This document shows positions 37,128 to 43,163 of a stretch of DNA of 43,163 nt, in pieces (the stretch's first letter is position 1; each line of letters begins with the position of its first letter). Made by a program: the position numbers and the translations under genes. The notes under the pieces were generated by a model. The model was not told the DNA's origin. It made no database searches and saw only the letters and a program-made list of their open reading frames with translations. Source of the stretch: Nemertoderma westbladi (Eukaryota; Animalia; Xenacoelomorpha); assembly GCA_032718475.1 (NCBI GenBank), contig JAUCBJ010002965.1, forward strand, positions 1 through 43,163. The letters are read 5' to 3'.

Positions 37128-39494
37128 CTAGTCGTGCTCGGTATCGTTAATACATGGTACTGCAAATATTCTTTTACGGTAATGTACTGCAATAAAGTAA
37201 TTACTGAGTTCGGAAGCCAATAAAACTTTCTTTCCTGATGGTATAATTATATGTACAGGGCAGTACTTTCTAAGACATTCATGAGATTTAAATTCTCGTG
37301 GCATACAGTCATTTGGAATAAAGTTTAGCAATAAGGAAGAGGAATAGGTAGAGCAAAGGCAATAAAAATTATCATCAGTTGATAAAATAATGTGCTCAAT
37401 TTTAACAAATTGTTTCTGACCATCAACAATCGTAAATGCATAGTATGAGGCAGAATTTCTCTTGTAAGTGTATGTTGAAGAATGAAAAATTAAACTTTTC
37501 ACACATATTCTATAAGCAATTCCTTTCAAATTATATAAATTTACTTTGTATGTATTTGCGACATCCGATGGCAAATATGATGCAGGCAAAAGCTTACCTA
37601 TAAGAGAAACTTCAAACTCTCCAGAACTAAAATCACTGCGGAATTTATACCATTGTTCTTTCTTTATATTCTTATATCTCAAAAAGTTCTTGGCTATTTG
37701 AACAGCCTCATTTGTGTTTCCTTGAACAAAGCGTTTAAGAAAGTGGAAGGCACTTTCAAACATAGATGCCGAGGACGTGGACAACGAGCCGAAATACCTT
37801 ACTTGTAGAGGTAAATGTTCAAGAGCGTGAAGCGATAAGGTTTGGATTCCATCTCCAAATAATCTATGAACGGCTTCCCTGAAACAAGTGATTAGAATTT
37901 CGGCGGCATCAACTTCAGTATTATCAACACTGTCATTCAATAGTAAATATAATACTGTCGAAAAACATGCAATCGTAACAATGATTTGACTATCTACATC
38001 AGAAGAGTAAAATAAACTTACTGCAAAGTAAAGAAAGAAATTTTTGAGTTCTGTAGCTTTCCAATGGCGGAGACGATCTAAGGATCGAGGAGAACGAGTA
38101 AAATGAACTGGGACTTTAATAACTTCTAGGATAGATGACATTGCGGTTAAGTTGATATGATGTTTCTTTGTTAGATATAATAATAGAGTCTTTCCAATCC
38201 CCAAATACAGCATATGCATTGGGTCAAAAGGAGCCGCTAACGGAGTATTTATCACCTCATTTAGAGGTGAAACACCTTTGACACCACATTGGGGATGTTG
38301 ATTTGTAATAGCCCTAATGGCAGATTGAATATGTGACTCGTGGTCTCTTAGTTCTGCAGGGGAAGAACTAAATGGAAAGATCATTTTTTTCAAATTCTTA
38401 TCGTAAACACCACAAACTAAACACCATGGGCACCCATAATATGCATTATAATGCATAATATTCAATGCATCCGCTCTTGCGGGAAGATCTGCTACAAAAA
38501 GGACTAGCTTGATCACTATGAGTTCACCATTATGGTTAAGTTCAAATGCTTTAATTGAATCAATAGCCGTTGCCATTAGAAACAGGATGTCGGGTTTATT
38601 AATTCCATGATATAAAGAAACCAATAAAATGTTTTCAAATTTCCTACGCTGATATGGTGGGAGATTAATTATGCTACACAAGACTGGCCACAATTTAAAA
38701 CCTTTAGATTTGTGAACAGGTACCACGCCGTCGGTATTAATGTTTAAATATAATGTATTACTATTTAATGGGCCATTAAATAATTCACCTGATGTAATAT
38801 CTGAATATACACCTGACATTGCACCACTCACAACTTCTTGCGGAGCACGACAAATATTTGGAAATGCCATAAATAATGTTCTAACTTGTTCTTCTAGATT
38901 TACATTATAATAGGTACCATCATCCTTGTCTTTCTTCACAACATAAAAATCATTCAATTCTGTAGGTTTTTTTAAATCTCTAAAATTCGGACAGCTGTTG
39001 GGAGATGGCAAGCATTCAGTGATGAATTCTAAAATTTCTTTTGCTCCACAATCAGTTATATGATGCTTTGAAATTAGAGTTTTAAAAGTTAATGAAAATG
39101 TGGAAACCAACATATCGGACCCTGAGAAAATGTAATCTGCATCATAAAAATCGCTTTCACATGAAGTGCTGCAGCCATCAAAACTCCGCGAAGAAACACT
39201 TTCAACAGATTCATCAAATGGGATAGGTGACGATGTTGTATATCTATCAAAATGGCAAAAATTTGAATATGATTCAACAGGCATTTCAGGTTGAGGTTCA
39301 CGTTGCGCAAGGCTAGCACCGCTTGTCGTATCACTCATGCGATTGCTGTGATTGAGGTTACTTTGTAAAGATAATTCATCTAAAGAATCTGTTGATGTTG
39401 AACTTGAACTAGACTTATACTGGGCATAACGTGTACGTTTAATTACTGTAGGATACAAGCGATTATATTTTTTCCTCCTAAATAATAAACTCAT
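37128..39494 (-). CDS. CACTA/EnSpm-type DDE transposase, uninterrupted ORF
   Basis: LNINTDG, LWP...INLPP..R, ADLPAR, YYGCPWC, DPMHMLYLG, WKATE, H.LEHL..QV..FG.L...S...FES. Confidence 0.9.
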   Translation of the reverse strand: MSLLFRRKKYNRLYPTVIKRTRYAQYKSSSSSTSTDSLDELSLQSNLNHSNRMSDTTSGASLAQREPQPEMPVESYSNFCHFDRYTTSSPIPFDESVESVSSRSFDGCSTSCESDFYDADYIFSGSDMLVSTFSLTFKTLISKHHITDCGAKEILEFITECLPSPNSCPNFRDLKKPTELNDFYVVKKDKDDGTYYNVNLEEQVRTLFMAFPNICRAPQEVVSGAMSGVYSDITSGELFNGPLNSNTLYLNINTDGVVPVHKSKGFKLWPVLCSIINLPPYQRRKFENILLVSLYHGINKPDILFLMATAIDSIKAFELNHNGELIVIKLVLFVADLPARADALNIMHYNAYYGCPWCLVCGVYDKNLKKMIFPFSSSPAELRDHESHIQSAIRAITNQHPQCGVKGVSPLNEVINTPLAAPFDPMHMLYLGIGKTLLLYLTKKHHINLTAMSSILEVIKVPVHFTRSPRSLDRLRHWKATELKNFFLYFAVSLFYSSDVDSQIIVTIACFSTVLYLLLNDSVDNTEVDAAEILITCFREAVHRLFGDGIQTLSLHALEHLPLQVRYFGSLSTSSASMFESAFHFLKRFVQGNTNEAVQIAKNFLRYKNIKKEQWYKFRSDFSSGEFEVSLIGKLLPASYLPSDVANTYKVNLYNLKGIAYRICVKSLIFHSSTYTYKRNSASYYAFTIVDGQKQFVKIEHIILSTDDNFYCLCSTYSSSLLLNFIPNDCMPREFKSHECLRKYCPVHIIIPSGKKVLLASELSNYFIAVHYRKRIFAVPCINDTEHD

Positions 39495-39835
39495 TGTTGT
39501 AGATAGAGTAGAACAGTAAATAACAAAAGCATGGACTGTCCTCTACAAAAGTATAGTATACGACCTAACTAATCGCCTAAAAGCTATGCAGATATACGTA
39601 GGATATTTCTTTGTATATTAAAACTGTAATGATAACTATAACGTTTATAACGCAAACAAATAAGGCATACATTTAGTATTTTTATCCTTTAAATAAATAT
39701 AATAACATCCTTAAATAACGATTTATAACCTATAAATTCGGTATTATATTGGGGATAAATTAATAATAATTTAATTAATAATAATCATAAGTCAGTTTCA
39801 GATTTTGTCTGAGTCCATATGTCAAAATTATAGAT

Positions 39836-39923
39836 CCCGTGCTCTACTGGTAAGTCATAAGTCTTTTGTTAAAAAATATAAGATGCATCACTTATGACTT
39901 ACGACTTACCAGTGGAGCACGGG
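39836..39923. mobile_element. Tiny MITE, mostly TIR
   Basis: CCCGTGCTCTACTGGTAAGTCATAAGTC vs reverse complement CCCGTGCTCCACTGGTAAGTCGTAAGTC (26/28). Confidence 0.75.
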
Positions 39924-40646
39924 CCTAAGCCGTTTTCAGATTCTAAATCAGATTTAAATCCCCATAAAATTACCATGAAATATAATTTCCGAAATTTTGA
40001 ACCGGGGGGGGGGGGGGGGGGGGGGGGGTGATACCCCCACCCCTTTGTATAAAATAAACGAATAAAATACTGATTGTATATAAACCAAAAACAACAAGAT
40101 AAAATTATAATGCACTAGTTAGTAATATAATTATAGGTGCAAGGAAACAGTAAAGATATACCGAATATTGAACAAAGATATTATACATTACATAAATTGT
40201 ATATAAACAAATAAAGGCCTAGCAGATTGAATTTTTGAAAATTTTAGATCAATCAATCCATCTTGTTAACTGTTTATCAGTCTGTATTGACCTGTAGGGA
40301 ATGACATCGAATTGAATTGAATTAAAAGCAGTTCCTCCTTTTCTCCGTAAACCGTAGGCTTAACCCTATTAAACCTGGGGGAGGGGGCTCAACATGACCC
40401 CACTCCAGTTTGTGCAACATTTTACAGCCATGTATTAATTATTAATAAGCTTAAATTAATACAGATTAGGCCTAAGGGGAATATATTGGCAATTTTTTGT
40501 ATCAAACGTAGCCGTAATTTTGCTACATTTACTCTTATACCAGTATACCAATGTTATTATACCCACTTATGATCTCAAATATATATACTAGCAGACTAGC
40601 CAGAATGTAGTCTGACCTACTTCCATGACAGGAAAATCGATACTAA

Positions 40647-42210
40647 TCAGAAACAAACGAAGATCAAATGTTTATTGTTTAGGTTAGGCATAGAATATAA
40701 GGCCAAGGCCACTGTAAAAAATTTGTTTAATTCAATTCGATGCCAGTCCCTACTAACCTGACTCGGAGTATTAACACCAGTGTGACCTCCACGTGTCACC
40801 ACACGAGAAACTCCCCTACCTCGAGAAACTCTTTGGGACCCTTCGTTATCGTTACTTTTACCACGTATTATTTTCTGAGCTAACTGACTTGTACGGCGCC
40901 TCTTAGAATTATATATGTCGTTCCCAAGTTGATTAACAGCAACCACAGCTGATCTAATCTCACCAGCATCTATCTCCTCATCAAAACTAAACCTAGAAAC
41001 AACAGCTTTCTTAAACAACCCAGAACGTGTCGGCGAATGGGGTATCCGTTGAGTTGCCAAAATTCTCTGTGGGAATAATATGCCCTCCGCTAACTCTTTA
41101 TCTGACCATAATTTGCGGGCCACCAACTGCCCATATGCCACAGGGTCAAGATTTTTTGGCCCTATTGTGGCCAAATTTTTTCCATCGAATAGTACAGGAT
41201 CGCCATCAGTAATGGTCGATGATCTAATGTTCCCTGGTGAAGAACTTGTACCGGTAGTTTCTCTTTTTATGAATCTCACTATCGATTTATGAAGTTTTTC
41301 AGTTTTCTTTAACTGCTTTTTTTGTACCGTTAACGACTTTTGTAGTAGTCGGTTGTTATTTAACATAATCTTATACATGCGATTGCGATTATCACCACCG
41401 GTATCGGTAACACCAACATCCGAATCAACAATTGTGTCCGCTGTGTCATTGTCATCATTAATAGCACTACCGGTACTGGAATCATCCGACATGTCGGCGT
41501 CACCAGCACTACTATGTTCCCCACCTTCCGTCCACTGATGGGATAGTGGAAGATCGACATCAATATCAGGCAAGGTAAGACTTACGTTTCTTAGAATAGT
41601 ATTATAATCACTTCTTGTAGTGGTGGTATCCGCGGTTGTGGCGTTCCCCACTGAACGCTCTAAAAATCCAAAGCTATCCGAAATACTAATATTTTTAGAA
41701 CCGCGACGTTGCTGCTCCGCATTAAGCTGTTAAGACGTTCCTCCCTAATTAAAATGTATTCTCGACTTTCTGAGCTATCCAGATATAATACAGGAACACG
41801 GGTCTTCTCACCAGGGCTATCGCTTTTAATATATATCATTTGATTAGGAGTTAGTGTGGATATATTTAAATCGGAGGGAAGTAATGTTGAATTATTTGCT
41901 ATCACAGCATATTGCTGCTCATCGGGATAAAACAGAAGTATATACACTGTACTCGCCCTTGCTCGGTTTGAAAATTGCCGTGGATTACGCGGAGGAGGCC
42001 GATTGGCACTGCCTGTTTGCGTGGTGCTGGTACTGCAGGCTGCTCCTGAAGCTGAAACGAATGAAGTTTCATTTGGTCTGCCAGTTCCGGGGCCCAACCC
42101 AATGTTGTCACCAATATATATACCGGTACCGGTATAGCATGCATCTGGGTTCCATGGGACCTGGTGCTGGTAGAGATCACTACTACTTGTATCTTCAGTC
42201 AGTCAGTCAT
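40647..42210 (-). pseudogene. Transposon ORF2 (acidic region, coiled coil, BEN-like domain), apparently frameshifted
   Basis: ORFs 41660-42097 and 40647-41651 join by a 1-nt shift near the A-run at ~41695; YGQLVARKLWSDKELAEG resembles the start of a BEN domain; the ATG near 42210 is put out of frame by (TGAC)3. Confidence 0.5.
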
Positions 42211-42952
42211 GGCTAAACACTGAAACAGCAGATAGCTATATTGATATTACAGTATTAGATAGTTCGAGTTAGTTACCGGTATATTTTCAACGGAGTAGTC
42301 CTAAACTGCTAAATACAGTAATTTTTTAATATATTTAATATATTAATATTTAATATATATTTAATAATTTTTTAATTTGTGGGTGTCTAGAAACGTTTTA
42401 CACCTGGCAAGGCTTTGCACCGAGCTAGCGCACGATTTTTGGACCTGGCATGGCAGTGCCTGGCTCCTGGCATGGCTTTGCACTTAGTCTGTTAGTGCAG
42501 TAGTGCTTAGCCAGCGCAGGATTTTTTGCACCCGGCGCCGCGGCATTCGGCGAGGGAAATAAAACTTTTCAAAGGGGTCTTCTGCCACTGCCGGCAGCCG
42601 GTACCTGGTAATGGTAATTAAAATACAATAGGCCTACCGGTAAATATTAGGCTACACCTACAGTATTACATATTACTGTATTACAGCATTAGGTCAATCC
42701 TGTCAACAGGTCAATAGGCTATGCAATTAGGCTAAAGGCTGAAAGGTAGTCAACAAATTTAATAAAAAACCTACCGGTAGGCATACCCTACTTCAGTACG
42801 CCTAGGGCTGTAGGGTCCTTACGAATTACCATGTTACTACAGTACTGGCAGACTGGTAGTACTGTAGTACTGTACTGCTGTAGTACAGTAGTATGGCTAT
42901 TGGCAAATTGGAGAATGACACTGACAGTACAGCAGTAGCAGTACCAGCGGGG

Positions 42953-43163
42953 GTGTTTGAAAAAGGTGGACTGGACACAGAAAACATGGACAACGGACAG
43001 ACCAATCAGAAACGTATTAAGCAAAGCAGTTTTGTAGCAATTGGTCTGTCCACCTTTTTCAAGTTTCCGCTTTCTTAAGTTACATAATTGGGAATAAGAT
43101 GTGTGTTTGAAAAAGGTGGACAGGACACATGCACAAAAAACATATATAATAGTCTGACCAATC
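42953..43163. repeat. Small inverted-repeat unit followed by a second direct copy
   Basis: TTGAAAAAGGTGGAC (~42957) / GTCCACCTTTTTCAA (~43049-43063); GTGTTTGAAAAAGGTGGAC recurs at ~43103. Confidence 0.65.

Larger units (their letters stand above)
36057..42295 (-). mobile_element. CACTA/EnSpm (CMC) DNA transposon; boundaries tentative
   Basis: Transposase plus a co-oriented second ORF; subterminal repeats at 36120-36420; candidate TIR TA|CCCTGTTGAAAAT ... ATTTTCAACGGAG|TA (11/13). Confidence 0.55.

Overview
AT-rich, repeat-dense eukaryotic DNA, most likely from an invertebrate animal (the taxon cannot be fixed from the sequence). All family assignments come from remembered motifs; no searches were run. 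Host genes: an intronless EF-hand gene (EFHD/swiprosin-1, +), a tRNA-His(GUG) gene (-), a three-exon IFT43 gene (-; 28084-27740, 25364-25263, 14815-14588; not assembled in the ORF track) and an intronless ASRGL1-like Ntn-hydrolase whose catalytic motifs are degenerate. Mobile DNA: a triple-CCHC ORF with a possible LTR, a 5'-truncated CRE-type non-LTR element, several RTE fragments, SINE/MITE remnants, and a CACTA/EnSpm-type element with an intact transposase ORF and a frameshifted second ORF. Most striking feature: the 10.4-kb second intron of IFT43 is built almost entirely from two abutting tandem arrays. A 44-bp array copies the exon-2/donor junction, and a 27-bp satellite resembles the acceptor/exon-3 junction. 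A third, 31-bp array copies the stop-codon region. The satellite shows higher-order structure and has captured three retro-derived insertions.
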